Of a DNA stretch of 64,000 bases, positions 1 through 12,776 are shown one piece after another. This DNA is from Octopus bimaculoides (Eukaryota): contig NC_068987.1 of assembly GCF_001194135.2 (NCBI RefSeq), positions 72,843,288 through 72,907,287 on the forward strand, given 5' to 3'. Position numbers and translations under genes: made by a program. The notes under the pieces are model-generated. The model saw only the letters and a program-made list of their open reading frames with translations, was not told where the DNA came from and searched no databases. Numbering within the stretch: the first letter of the stretch is position 1; the number at the start of each line of letters is the position of its first letter.

Positions 1-106
1 TTTTTAACACGGACACACACTCGTACTCACACATACACACACGCACACGCGCTCACTTCATGAAATCTGACTTTTGTATAAAGGATGTTTTTGATGCCAA
101 CTGAGT

Positions 107-690
107 GTGGGCGATTCAAAAAGATCTTATCCAATAATTCTAGAGATCTGGCTTTGCATTTCTAAGGTTTCAGTTCATAGTTTATTCTATCATACATACA
201 TACATACATACATACATACATGTACGCATGCATACATACATGCATGCTTGCATACAGACATACTACATACATGCATACATACATGCATACATGCACGCAC
301 CCACCCACACATGCATGCATACACACATACAAACGTACATACATACATGCATAATACATGCATACATACATGCATACATACATTCATACATACATACATG
401 CATACATACATACATACATACATGCGTACATACATACATACATACATACATACATACATTCATACATACATACATGCATACATACATACATACATGCATA
501 CATGCATGCATACATACATATACATACATTAGTACGTACATTCATAAATACATACGTGCAATCATACATACATAATACATACATACACATTCACACACAC
601 ACATACACACACCCATATATATGATGTGTGTATATGTACACGTATGAATGCACGTGTGCATTTATGTGTGCATTTGTGTGTGTATGCATG
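107..690. repeat. (TACA)n/(TGCA)-variant microsatellite grading into (CA)n/(TG)n
   Basis: Direct reading; explains the HTYI/MYVC ORFs in all frames. Confidence 0.95.
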
Positions 691-774
691 TATATAATGC
701 GTGAAAGTTTAAAATGTGGAATTTAAATAAATTACATAGCAAAATAACTAAACTATTTCCATTTCTATTTGCAG

Positions 775-1916
775 GTTTATTTGTGCAGCCAGTAACCTTA
801 GGAAACAGTACCGAACTAATCACTTATGATAATATTGAGTCTTTGGTGTCACACGAAGCCAAAGGATTCCTGACCCTGCACACGATACAAGGTATTCGCA
901 AGACATCATCTCTTGGAAGCCTCAGTCAATCAAATGCAGGATCCTGTCCAAAATTGTACCCCAGAGGAAGTATATTTCTAATTGAAGAAATTCAAAAATG
1001 GTCTTTTAGTTCAAAAGGAAATCTTCAGAATAGCCATCACGCTCCTTCCATTTTGAAAGTTCCTTCAGCAAACCGGAAATCCACAGTGCATTTTGCTGAC
1101 TCAAACCAAACAAATGAATACGATGTTAGAGAAAACATAAATCAGATATCTAAAAGAGAAGGATCATCTAGAACATCTTCTCCATTGTCACCAGCAAGAA
1201 AAATCCAAAGCATGCAAAGGCTAAGTTCCAGTATGAAAGAAGACTCATCGTTAAGTAGTAGTTTGAAAACAAAACCAGTAGTTAGGTCTGCTTCCGTAGG
1301 GTCATCAAGGTCAATAGATAATGGTCTAGTTCTCAAATGCAAAGATGCAAGTGGACGAAATGTCTACTTCCCGTTTCATACTGAAGGGAGTTTTATTCAA
1401 ATATTAACGCATCCAACAAACCCGAAAAAACTCTCAATACAAGTGAAAGAATTGTTAAACATGAAAGTTCTTCCTCCTATGATATGCTTTGTCTATGGCA
1501 AAAAACGTCTTTTATTAACATCTGGTTTTCTAAAACTCAAGGAGATTCAAGAACATCGATCGGTAGTTGTGTGTGCGGTAAACAGGACTTCATATGTCTT
1601 ATTCGAGTTGCCTGTCACCTCAAACATGACATTTTCTTTGTCTCTCAATAAGGATCTTTTAACGTCCCCTCATATTCAAAGAGCATTACATCTCTGTGAA
1701 GAGAATGCCATGAATTTCAGCAGTGATATTAAAGTGGTTACTAAGTTGTCTTCAAAGTCAGCAGAGTTTGGCAACAACGGCCTCACTACTTTTGGTTTGG
1801 AAACATTTAAACAGCTGGAAGACATAGCCGAAGTGAGTTCCAGTGAAGAAGATGATGATGAAAGTACGAACAAACAGTTTAATCGTATATCTGTGGAAGG
1901 AGTGATATATCTGTAG
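775..1916 (+). CDS. Terminal coding exon of a CABIT-domain-like protein (THEMIS/GAREM/Serrano family)
   Basis: 380-codon non-repetitive open frame after the acceptor ttccatttctatttgcAG (773-774, phase 1), stop TAG at 1914-1916. Motifs G.F...YDNIESLV, LKCKDASGRNVYFPFHTEGSF, LPPMICFVYG and SVVVCAV..LFELP resemble recalled CABIT segments. The ATG at 714 is probably intronic. Confidence 0.65.
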
Positions 1917-3232
1917 AATATATATGTTGTTGGTCAGTTTTATTGGTGGTTCACTGCAAACATAATCACCTTCTATTGTAAATAATTATACCCCCTACTC
2001 CTCCTCTGTAACTCGGCAGTTATCAGCCACAACTATGAGATACATACATGCATGGAGCAGAAGATACACATACATTAAGAAAATACAAAGAAATATAACT
2101 GAAATACATACCTGCACACACGTTTTACACATGTATGTACATATACATATATACGAGAATAGCGAGTGGAACCCTTTAAACTTATTCAGAAAATTTCCAA
2201 ACCCGCAAAATCCTTATTGCCGCAGAATACAGCGATGTAAACGTAACAGCAGCAGCATCTCCGCCGGCTTTTTTTAGTTTGGAGGAACTAATAAATCCAA
2301 TGTATTTTTGGAGAAACTCCCTCTTGGAAAAGTCTCTGCTTTTAAAACCTCAACGTGAGAGTGGTATTTTGGAAGTATCGTGATTGCTCATCTTTTGGGA
2401 TGTAGGATCTGTTTAGCTAAGATGTATTGCTGTTGAAGATATTCGTATCCTTCAGTGCATCAACTTTGTTGGTAATGAGATCTCACCAGCATCCTGCACA
2501 TGAGTATAATCATATCTTGGCATTATTCAGTCTAACAACCAGGAAACTAAAAAGGCCAAAGAAATAAAAATCAAGAAGGTACTGACGATTCTCAATCAGC
2601 ATCTACAAACATGTACATATTTAGTTGATGAAAAAATCAGTCAAGCTGATATTACAGTATATTGCAATATGTTACAACGCTATAAGCTAATTCTAGACCA
2701 TGAATATATATNNNNNNNNNNNNNNNNNNNNNNNNNNNNNNNNNNNNNNNNNNNNNNNNNNNNNNNNNNNNNNNNNNNNNNNNNNNNNNNNNNNNNNNNN
2801 NNNNNNNNNNNNNNATATATATATATATATATATACATAAAACATGACAGGAGTGTGAAATTGCAATTTCACACTATATTCTCGTGTCTTGCACTATTCA
2901 CTCGTACTCTATGACCATTATAGCTGACAAACCTGCAACATTGAACTGTCTATGTAATAACAACAAATTTTTCTTCTAAGACATGTTTTGGAGTACTCTG
3001 CCAGAATTAGATTAACACAGTATGTAGAGAAGCTGGCCTTTTAAATTACATGCTCAATCCACCCGATGGACTTCCGTACAGATTCCGTTTGCCTAATCTG
3101 GAGCTATGACATTGACACAAGCCAAAATGCTATACAGTGGAATTGATCCCAGGACATCCTAATTGTGAAATGATTCTCTTAATGGCTCAGCCACGCCTTT
3201 GTCATACGCACATACATACATAAATACATAAT

Positions 3233-3271
<39 letters not shown>

Positions 3272-4689
3272 CTTATATATATATACACCATAATATTGAG
3301 AACAAAGGCTACAGTGAACTCGCCGCAGGGGAGTAGAAACTCTAAGCTTCGAGCAGCGTTCTTCTTTAGAAAAAGTTGACAGCTTGATTATACATATATA
3401 TATATATTCACTTGTACACAGTTTATACATACTCATATATTTATACATGTACTCATATGCACACTTCTATCCATATACACAAATGTAATAAATAAATCTA
3501 TGTATATACACACATTTATACTAAAATTAATACAATATTTCAGCTATCAAGAAAAATGAATTCATCAAAGGACTACAAAAATACACAAATATCTTAAAAA
3601 GTTTCAGTAATGCGTTCTTAAAATGTCATTATTTGACTTCTTCATTAATCAATGCTCGAAACGTTGATTAATGGGACATCTCTTTGCTAATCAAGCACTG
3701 AATTAGAGTGAGTAAAGTTCAGATGTGAAAAGGTTTAATTTAGAATCCACAGTTTAGTTACGGTACTTTATTTTTTTGAACTCCAATCTCATCGACGTGG
3801 ATTTTGCTTTTCATCTTTATATACCAGCTAAACATTTTACACCTCTATTTCTATAATAGAGGAACTTGGCTCGGTTTCTAGATGGTTAGATACTCAACAA
3901 AATAAAGGATATTTAGCATAAAACATTCAAAAGTTGCCCAACCAACGTATTGGAATTTATAGATAAAAGCAAAACTTCTTGCAAAATCTCTCCGTTGTTT
4001 TCTACCAGAGCAGAACACAGCCTTCTAACAATAACTGCAACTTTAATTATAGTTTTGTCTGCTTTTCTGACGCCTCCTAAGATCATATGAATCTAAGCAG
4101 GTTGCCAGATCACTACTAAAGGTTGTATTTATATATGATATACCAAAGGCCAGTTAAACTGGTGGTGCACTGACCCCACCAGGATATTGATTAAAACTAG
4201 AAAATAAGATTAAGGACGCAGTTACCCGTTTGCCATCAATCCCTTTGGTTCTATGGTTCAACCCTGCTATAAAATATTCATATCTAAATGAAAACCTTCC
4301 GTTAGAAGTTCATATAAGAACCTACTTTTTGTAAATTTATGTTCCAATCATCAGTCTAATAATAAAAATGTTAATTATTATACTAAGGTCTTTATTATTT
4401 TTAAAATTAATTGTAACATACCGATGGGTTATATGAGCAGAATTGTAGAAAAGAAAGGTTTAAAATGAAATTACTGAATCTAAAATTGAAGCATCATTGC
4501 AAAACTTATCATACAGATTTGATTTAAATATTCTGTTTGAGTTCAATGTGATGGTGGCACAATGACTAACGGTTTAAAGCCCTCAATTAACTGATTCGTT
4601 CACTTCTTATCAGAATCATTGCGTTGTGTCACAAGATGGTTAGAAGTAGAAAGAGCAGCCCAGCTGTAAAAAAACAATTTCTCCATAAA

Positions 4690-5748
4690 ATATACCACTC
4701 CAGCAATGTAAGTATTAAAAATAAATGTAAAGCAGTTATATGAATATACAAGATGAAAACAGCCATGTATTCGCAAACACCAAGAAACATTTCATTCGGT
4801 ATTTATGCGCATACTTGTTCCATGGGTACTCTCAATTCGCTGACTGTAGCCGGAGTGACTTGAGATCCGGTGAGAACAGTGGATATTCTACAATACTTCT
4901 TCGTTTAATCCAGCTGTTTGGCAAAACCTCATCTCCGTAGGCCCTTACATTACTATGGTAATGAGAAGGTGCCCCATCTTGCTGGAAATACAACTCCGCA
5001 TCATCAAAGTTCTTTTGAATTCCTGGTGTGACAAATTGTTGTAGCAAGTTCAAGTAAATGGGATCAGTCACAGTGCCGGCAAAAAAGAATGGTCCAATTA
5101 ATCCTTTTGAAAATAAACCGCACCATACTGTAACTCCTGGTAAATTAACATGACCTTCCTCCTTAATGTGCAGTTTCTCAAGTCTCCAGTAGGTGCATTT
5201 GTGGAAGTTAATTGAGGCATTTAATTTAAATGTAGCTTCCTCACTCCAAACAATTTGTAGGAAAATGTTCGTCTTCTACATCTTGCCAAATTCTATTCGC
5301 AAACCGCCACTCTTCGGACCAGACCATCCTCACTGAGGGCATCGACTATTCTCGGAATGTAATTTTTCCAATGACAGGGGTTCAAAATGCGATGGATGCT
5401 TGATTTTGAAATTCCTTTTGAAATCTCTTGTCTTGCTTGCTGCATAGATTTTCTTGAATGTTGGCAATACGTTTTTAGTGCCTTTTCTTGCTTTGTGTGG
5501 CTCGTTCGATATCCGTGATCTTCTGGATCATTTTTAGTGAACATTTATATTATCCAAACTTATCACTAATTCAAGAGATGGTAAGTCGTGTTGGTGGATC
5601 TATTTGAAACACCCTCCGAAATTGCTTTAGTTCAAAATTCCCTTTTTCAAAGTTTAATCTGGTTCCTTTCATTATTTTAATGCGTCAAATCTAAAAAGAA
5701 ATGAAAACTAAGCTCTTAAAATGTGTATACATTTTTGGGAACGACCTG
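4690..5748 (-). mobile_element. Degenerate Tc1/mariner transposon, DD41D (rosa-like) type
   Basis: [10 protein letters not shown]...VRAY..E.LPNSWI.RR..VEYP..SPDL; 41 residues lie between the second D and the expected third D position. HTH region in ORF 5293-5544. 5' end TA|CAGGTCGTTCCCAAAAATGTATACAC at 5748; the 3' TIR was not found, so the left boundary is approximate. Confidence 0.8.
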
Positions 5749-5940
5749 TATGTGTGTGTATTTCGATCAAGGGATCGTTGTAATTTTCAATTAAAGAAGG
5801 ACTAAATGTTAAAAACAAAGTAGGTGTATTTAGTTCATTTCTTCGTTTTTCCGTTTTTTTTACAACATGGCCATGATGTTTCAATTATTCTTCATTCTTC
5901 AGAAAACGTAACTGGTTATACAAGGTGAGTACTACATACA

Positions 5941-5972
<32 letters not shown>

Positions 5973-6080
5973 CACACACATATACATACAGACAGACAGA
6001 CATATGTATTCATACATACGTATGTATATATATGTGTGTGTATATATATAGAAGTACACACACACACACACACACACACC

Positions 6081-6131
<51 letters not shown>

Positions 6132-6159
6132 GTTATCCGAATTTTATAGTATTAAGTAT

Positions 6160-6268
6160 TCATCACAACTGATCTTACTAATCGTCGGTTTCGCATAAAG
6201 AATACAATGGAGCGTTAGGTAATAATCCGATTATATAATTTTATGCTCATCAGAGATAGCCGATATGG
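6160..6268 (-). ncRNA. Type I hammerhead ribozyme (left pLTR copy)
   Basis: Minus strand: GGCTATCT-CTGATGA(6253-6247)-GCATAAA...TTTATGC-GAAAC(6192-6188)-CGACGATTA-GTA(6178-6176)-AGATCAGTT. Stem II has 7 Watson-Crick pairs; stem I is ATCT/AGAT plus an extension. Confidence 0.75.
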
Positions 6269-7228
6269 AAGGGAAGATGGCGACTGCTCTCTATTGTCGG
6301 AGGTGGATTAATACAACCGGTCAGCGGTTGCTGTGAAAAAATGGTGAAACGAAAAAGGGTTCAGGGGATTGGTCCCTTGGTGTGAAACTGGCAAGAGTTA
6401 TCTTGAAGTAGGGAAAGTGTGTATTATTAATACGGTGTCCCTGCGGGGATGGAGGTGTGAGATATAGGGTGTGTGGTATGTGTAGCAACGTCGTATGTGT
6501 AATTTTTTCCTGGGGTGTAGATATATATAGCTGTGCTCGTAGTCTTTTTTCTTTCTGTAAAGGATAAAGTCGTGTTTTTTTTTATATTAGCGTGCGGTGT
6601 GTAATGTGTGTAGGGGATGCGAGTCTGTGTATATGTGGGGGTAAGATTTGTGGGAATGGTTATGTGTTGGGGGGGGGGGCAGATAGTTATTTGCTGAGTG
6701 TCCGCCTTATAAGGTTGTTCGTGTGTATAAATGGGTGCATTGGTGTGTGTTTTGGTCAAACTCTTTTTGCCGGGCTCAAGGGCATTGGTGGAAGGTGGTT
6801 TACGGAAGGTTGAGGCAAGAGACCTGTGGTTGCAGTCATGTTGGAGTTAACATAATGTACTTCCTTTCATGCGGGCAAGGATTAAACATCTCACTTCTGT
6901 TATTCAGGTAAACATCCAGGCGTTAAGTACCTTTTAAAATCACTCTCTTCTCAGAGCCACGCATAATTATACATATGACACCGTTAATTATACATATGAC
7001 ACCGCTATACATATCACACACCCCATCCCCGCAAGGGTACCATATATAATACACACTTGCCCCACTTCAAGATACCTCTTGCCAGCTTCACAGCATATCC
7101 AACCAAGGGACATAACTCCTAACCCAATCCCTTGAACCCTTTTTCGTTTCACCATTTGTTTCACAGCAGCCGCTGATCGGTTATGTTAATCCACCTCCGA
7201 CAATAGAGAGCAGTCGCCTTCTTCCCTT

Positions 7229-7334
7229 CCATATCGGCTATCTCTGATGAGCGTAAAGTTATATAATCGGATTGTTACCTAACACTCCATTGTATTCTTT
7301 ACGTGAAACTGATTGGTAAGATCAGCCGTGATGG
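7229..7334 (+). ncRNA. Type I hammerhead ribozyme (right pLTR copy)
   Basis: CCATATCGGCTATCT-CTGATGA(7244-7250)-GCGTAAAG...CTTTACGT-GAAAC(7305-7309)-TGATTG-GTA(7316-7318)-AGATCAGCCGTGATGG. Stem I is CGGCT.ATCT/AGAT.c.AGCCG. Confidence 0.8.
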
Positions 7335-8229
7335 ATATTTAATACTATAAAATTCGAATAGTATACCCACTCTACTGACAGATATATGAGTGTATCTTCT
7401 CCCTAACTTATGGTCTTAGACAACTCACGCATGTATATATGTGTGTGTGGGTGTATTTATATATATAGCATGGCTGCAGCCTCAAGGCTAAAGCATATAA
7501 AAGAATAAAAGGATATATATGGCACATATATTTATAATACTGGATGATAGATAGTAACAAAGACATGGGGATTGAACAAGGAAAGTGTGAGGTAATGCTA
7601 AGAAAAAAAATGTGACGTTCTAAGAGGCAACGGGGGAAAGAGATTAGATGGGGAGAAAGAAGGGTTGAAAGTAAGAAGAGATGGGAAGAAAATTGTAAGA
7701 ATAAATGATGGGGGAATAGGTAAGAGGATGGGTTAGTCGAAAGACGGATAAATAGACAGAGTGAAAACGAAAAGGTAGGAGTGGATGACACAAAAATAAA
7801 AGGTGCAGTAAAAGAAAGAAGAAAAGGAGAAAAAAAGACGGACATGTGAGTAGTGTAAATTGAAGATTGAAAGCAGGGTAGGGAAGTCACATGCAGGCAC
7901 ATACATGCGCTTACACACGTTCAGCTGTTAAATATGTACCGATTAAAATATTCAAGATGACTATACTGCCGATAGAATAATTCTGTAAGTTGTGTGAAAT
8001 ACGCTTCTAGATTCACACATTCAAAAACCAATTAAGACATAAATAATTTAAATGATTAGCTTTCATATACAAAATTTAGAATATAATTAAAGATATAAAG
8101 TTAATTAATGCAGCTGAAGACGATTAGAAATCTGTGGAATGAAAACTGATTCGATTGTGTTGAAATATCATTAGTACACAATGTCAATAAATAAAGGGAC
8201 TTATGAGGATATATTATGGCTTTTAGCTT

Positions 8230-9856
8230 TTATTTATTTAAGTTATTCTCTGATCTCGGGTCCAATGAAAATGCTTGCTTTCAGTTTTGCGTCACTTTTC
8301 TCTGCACCAAATTTTACTCTTAGGTACTGGAAGCCACAACCATCGTATGTCATTACTTTTATGAAGTTTTTCATGCGGCGAGTTTGATGTGAAGGGGTGG
8401 AAGGAAGAGCTTTTTGCGGGTCTACCAGTGGCATATGAAGCACACTGTACCGACTAGCTATGCGCTCATCTCTTTTAGGCCAGTCTTTTGCTATGTAATG
8501 ACTGCTGTCATGGTGGCTGTTCCAAACACACAAGAAGCACATATTTTTGGTATATCCAAGCTGCAATCCTAGGAAGAGGGAAATCACCTTTAAATTACCA
8601 GAAATATTCCACTTGTGAACTGAGTAATTAACTCCTTTCAGAAATAGTTCCATCGATTCATAAGTGTCTTCCATACCGACAACATGACCCACAGGAATGG
8701 AAGGTTTTTCATTACCATTACGTGACAACACAGCTTTGAGGCTAACCTTACTCGAGTCTATAAATCATCTCCATTCGTTAACCTCATGCACGTGTCCTAG
8801 TTTTTGCATGAATGTATTAACGTCAGTACAGAAACAAGCATACTTTCTTGCTTGAAAAAGACAAATAAGCCTTTATGACGAGAACGGAAAATGGAAATGT
8901 TCGTACCTTGCTGTAGAAGATTCCGTTGTTGTAGTTTGGATCCCAAAACTTCTGCCCTCTCCTTCGACAATGCTAGGTCTCTTACTAAATCGTTCAAATC
9001 TTCTTGATTAAATTAGCCTGGCTCATTTTTCTTAGAATCATCTACGTCCTCTTCGTCGATAGGAGAGTCAGACGGTTCATCGCGCGATGTGTCAAGATTT
9101 TCAAGTGAAGCATGTGAGAGAGGAACTGGGACAGGGTTCTCGAAGTCATGTGAGACCGGTTTTAGAGCCGACTTACAATCTGCATACGCCATTTTTGCTT
9201 TGGTCTTCTTTGACAAACCACTAATATTAGTCATGCAAAAGTAACAACCAGAGACATGATTGGTTGGCTGTAAAAGGCATTCCCTTCCGTTTTCCATTCA
9301 GCCACTGTATAAGCCCTGAGTAACACACGGTATAGCATATATGAGGTGCCCACCTCTTGTCTTGGTCCCCAACTTTACACCCGAAATATTTATTTATCGG
9401 CAATTTTTAATTTGGGGCAATGTTCCTCCGTTGGTCACGCGGAGCAAATTTTCCACTGACATAACAAAAGTTGTCTCGATGATTCACACAGCCTCTCCTA
9501 TTCATAATCTAACACAATGCACACAGTAAAAACAGTAATCATACAGAGCGAGAGATACCAATAACAAACTGACGTATTTGGCATTGCACACAATACATCA
9601 GCGCCATCTATTGCTAAACTAAATAATGAACTTTCTCATCGCTTGTTTTATTGCTGTTATTTTTAAATTTTGAATTAAGACAAATTTTATAATACGGCCG
9701 ATATCTAATTGAAAGTATGGTTATAATCTTTCGCATGCGCATAACTCAAAATCCGGACATGCTAGAACAATTCTGAGTGCGGATTCGGAATCAGCATCTT
9801 CGATTTAATCTGAAACACTCGCTTTTACCCCAGTAGCAAAACTTTGTTGTCCAATG
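8230..9856 (-). mobile_element. Chapaev3-type (CMC) DNA transposon relic, 3'-truncated
   Basis: Frameshifted transposase: YFGCKVGDQDKRWAPHIC, PTNHVSGCYFC, DLVRDLALSKERAEVLGSKL, WNISGNLKVISLFLGLQLGYTKNMCFLC.W, KLKASIFIGPEIRE. 5' end TTA|CATTGGACAACA at 9856. Confidence 0.75.
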
Positions 9857-10488
9857 TAATATACGTATATATTTAGTCGAGTGGTTGGAGATTTGAGTAC
9901 AGAAAGAGAAGTTACTTCAATTACAGTTGCTTGAAGTCGTAGATTTCGAACCAGTTTTCTTAAGTTTAATTAGACAAGGCGATAAATTGGTTAAACTTGA
10001 GAGATGTGGGGTATAAGATTTTTATTATATCTTATCGAACATTTAATGATAGTTATGTTCTAGGAAATTTCTTTCTGAATTAATCAACAGATGTAAACTT
10101 CTTCTGTAGAGGTTCTTTCAGAATATATTTCTCCTTCTTCTTTTCTTTTTTTTTGTTTTAATCAATGTACCATGTGAGAATATATAATGTTGAAATGTGA
10201 TTTTGTACACGGTTTCTGAGAGGAACACATTGCATATTCCCACAGCCACAACAAATTTGGATGTTTTAATTCTTGCTTTAAAATACTCGCTTAAGTCGTG
10301 GTGAGGAAGAACGACGCCAATAAAATAATATAATTAAAACGCAATGGGCTTATACTGTAAAAACCATACATTTTGTTTAGTCTAAAAACTAACAAGCCAT
10401 AAACAGTATAAGTAGATATTATTGGCTGGGAATAGCATTTCGCATAATTTTCATACTACACACACACAAATATATGTGTATGTATGTA

Positions 10489-10706
10489 TAGTAACCCCTC
10501 GCCATATCGCGGTTCACCTATTGCGGTTTATTATTTAAGCTTACGTCGATTCCTCCGTGGTGTTGTTTTGCATTTATAATAAAATAAATATATACAGCTT
10601 CTAAAAATAATTTTAAAAATATATACAGTATTATTTCTACTTCGCAGATTTTTATCTTTTAGTGGGGTTTTGGTACGTAACACCCGCGATAGTCGAGGGA
10701 TTACTG
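10489..10706. mobile_element. pogo/Tigger-type MITE
   Basis: TIRs (c)AGTAACCCCTCGCCATATCGCGG / CCGCGATAGTCGAGGGATTACTG in TA context; sibling copy at 48930-49135. Confidence 0.75.
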
Positions 10707-12776
10707 TTTAGAATATATATGTATATGCTCATATAAATACGTAAAGGTAAGATCCAAGGATCAAGATGTAGGAAGTTAGTAAGCTTCGAGTAGTCCGTAG
10801 GAGGTGTAGTGTAGACTCAGGTGAAATTCCTCTTCTCCATTTATTATATATATGTGCATTCGAACGTAGCAGGGAACAGCTAGCCTTTGACTGCTATTTG
10901 GATCATATTGTGTCCACTACTCTGATTGGTTGGTATTGGTGCAATTTGTCTCATACTCGATTGCCACAGCTTGTCGCGGATAACCAATCAGAGGCTCTAA
11001 ATTGGATCACGTGGGACTACCTTGTTTTAGTCTACAGCCCCTTATAAAAAAAACTCAGCTTTTCCTTGTTCCGGGTCTTTGGTTCCAGACATTTTAAGGT
11101 CTAGCCACTGACAACGAAGACACAGCCAGTTCCAGCGACAACACTACCACAGCAGCTACGTTGAGACTTGCCAACTTTGCGGCAACCTCCTTCGTCGCCA
11201 CCATCATGTCCTTCTTAACGTTGTCAACATCATCTCTCTACGTACACAGCTCAGCAAGCAATTCACCCCGGTTCCAACAGTTCACTGTTTGTGAATTATT
11301 TCATTACAGATCAACAGCGAATATACAACCTGCATGAACTCCCGTACAAGTGACCCAAGCAGCAGCATCACAACCACGACTTTACGTACGACACTTATCT
11401 GTAACCGGCTCAGCATCCTGGCCGCAACTTCTTGGTACAGTATCTCAACTACCGTGTACTAGACTACGAACTAGTATTATTATCTTTCTTGTGTCTATGA
11501 ACTTACTTCTCACTTCGATGGCTATAGACGTTTTCACTGCTTTCTTCTTATTGCCACCCTTAAATGTTTTTAACATGCGCATACATCTATGCCTACACAC
11601 ACACATACATTTTGTTCTCATGACGGCCTATCAATTATTTTGTATACATGACATATACAGACACACATGTTATCACATCGATAAATGTTCTCTTAATCAT
11701 TTTTATGCGGTTGTGTCTCTTTCCATCTGGTATTCATTTGTTCTATTCAATTTCTCTTTATTGTAAAGGTCGTGTAATGTGGTACAAAAGAGCCATTCTC
11801 CTCACCTCACATCGCACGGCCATTACAGAGGTATAAAAAACTACTTTCGAGAACAATTTATTAACGTAGAAGGGTGTAAATTTTTCCCACATCGACGTTC
11901 GATCAACAGAAAAAGTTATTTCATAGCTCACGGTTAGCAGCTGGGGTTGCTGTGTATGCGAATAAAAATCCAAATTTAGGGAATAAAGTATATAAATTCA
12001 GGCTACACAATTCGTTGCTATTATGTTAAACTGTCGTGTGTCCAAATTTAGCCAAATGCGTTTTTTTTTGTTTTTTTTCAATATTTAATTTTGCTTGCAA
12101 TAGCCGGTTCTTTTGGTCAAACTATCGTATCTTCAGCTGCCTCAGATGAAAATTTATCAAAGTGCAGTACAAAGGTTTAGCATTTTTCAAAAGTGTAGTA
12201 AGCCTACCTACGACAGTTTTGCAAAAATGTTTCTGACTGAAAATATCATACATGCATAGAGCACCAGGTTCCGGAGCCGTCTTGAGACCATGGTGGAAGC
12301 ACAATGCGGCTATTTTGAGTAAACTGTTACCCTGCAGCCATAATTCGTTTGATATTTCCTACTTTTTAAAATACTATTTTCTATCTGTTTTCTTTTCCTT
12401 TAATACAAATTGTTAAATTTAGCCCGAACACCCTGTATATATACACACATATATAAGCATAAACATATAGAAATAGACACACCTGCATATAGGTTCATTT
12501 TATGGATACAGTAATAATGAAAAACGCTTACACATACAGATATACTTGAACACAGATGCATGCACACACTTGCACATGTATGTATAAAACGATGTACGGA
12601 AATTAATAGAGCGAATAGAAGTAGCAGACAAAAATACCAAGACGTTGAAAATTAGTAAATAGAAAGTATCGGTTGCGGGATTATGGTCTTACGAGATCTC
12701 GTTAATGTGTGAAAATATAACGATATGAAAGCACAGACATATCAAATCAATAGGAAATCATTGTGTGTGTGTGTGT

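Larger units (their letters stand above)
6134..7360 (-). mobile_element. 5'-truncated Penelope-like retroelement with inverted pseudo-LTRs (6134-6467 and 7005-7360)
   Basis: The two flanks are reverse complements over ~340 bp. Minus-strand 6958-6836 reads EKRVILKGT*RLDVYLNNRSEMFNPCPHERKY, matching the C-terminus of Penelope GIY-YIG ORFs (LNKRSEL.SKCRH.NK). Each repeat carries a hammerhead core. Confidence 0.8.

Noticed and set aside
107-624. Multiple overlapping His/Thr/Tyr or Met/Tyr/Val/Cys ORFs (also near 5885, 22847, 23427, 30013, 35320 and 51254)
   Set aside because: Translations of TACA/CA/GA microsatellites that lack stops in several frames.
714-774. ATG and apparent hydrophobic N-terminus of the 400-aa ORF
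   Set aside because: It overlaps a pyrimidine tract and AG acceptor, so it is more likely intron read-through than a signal peptide.
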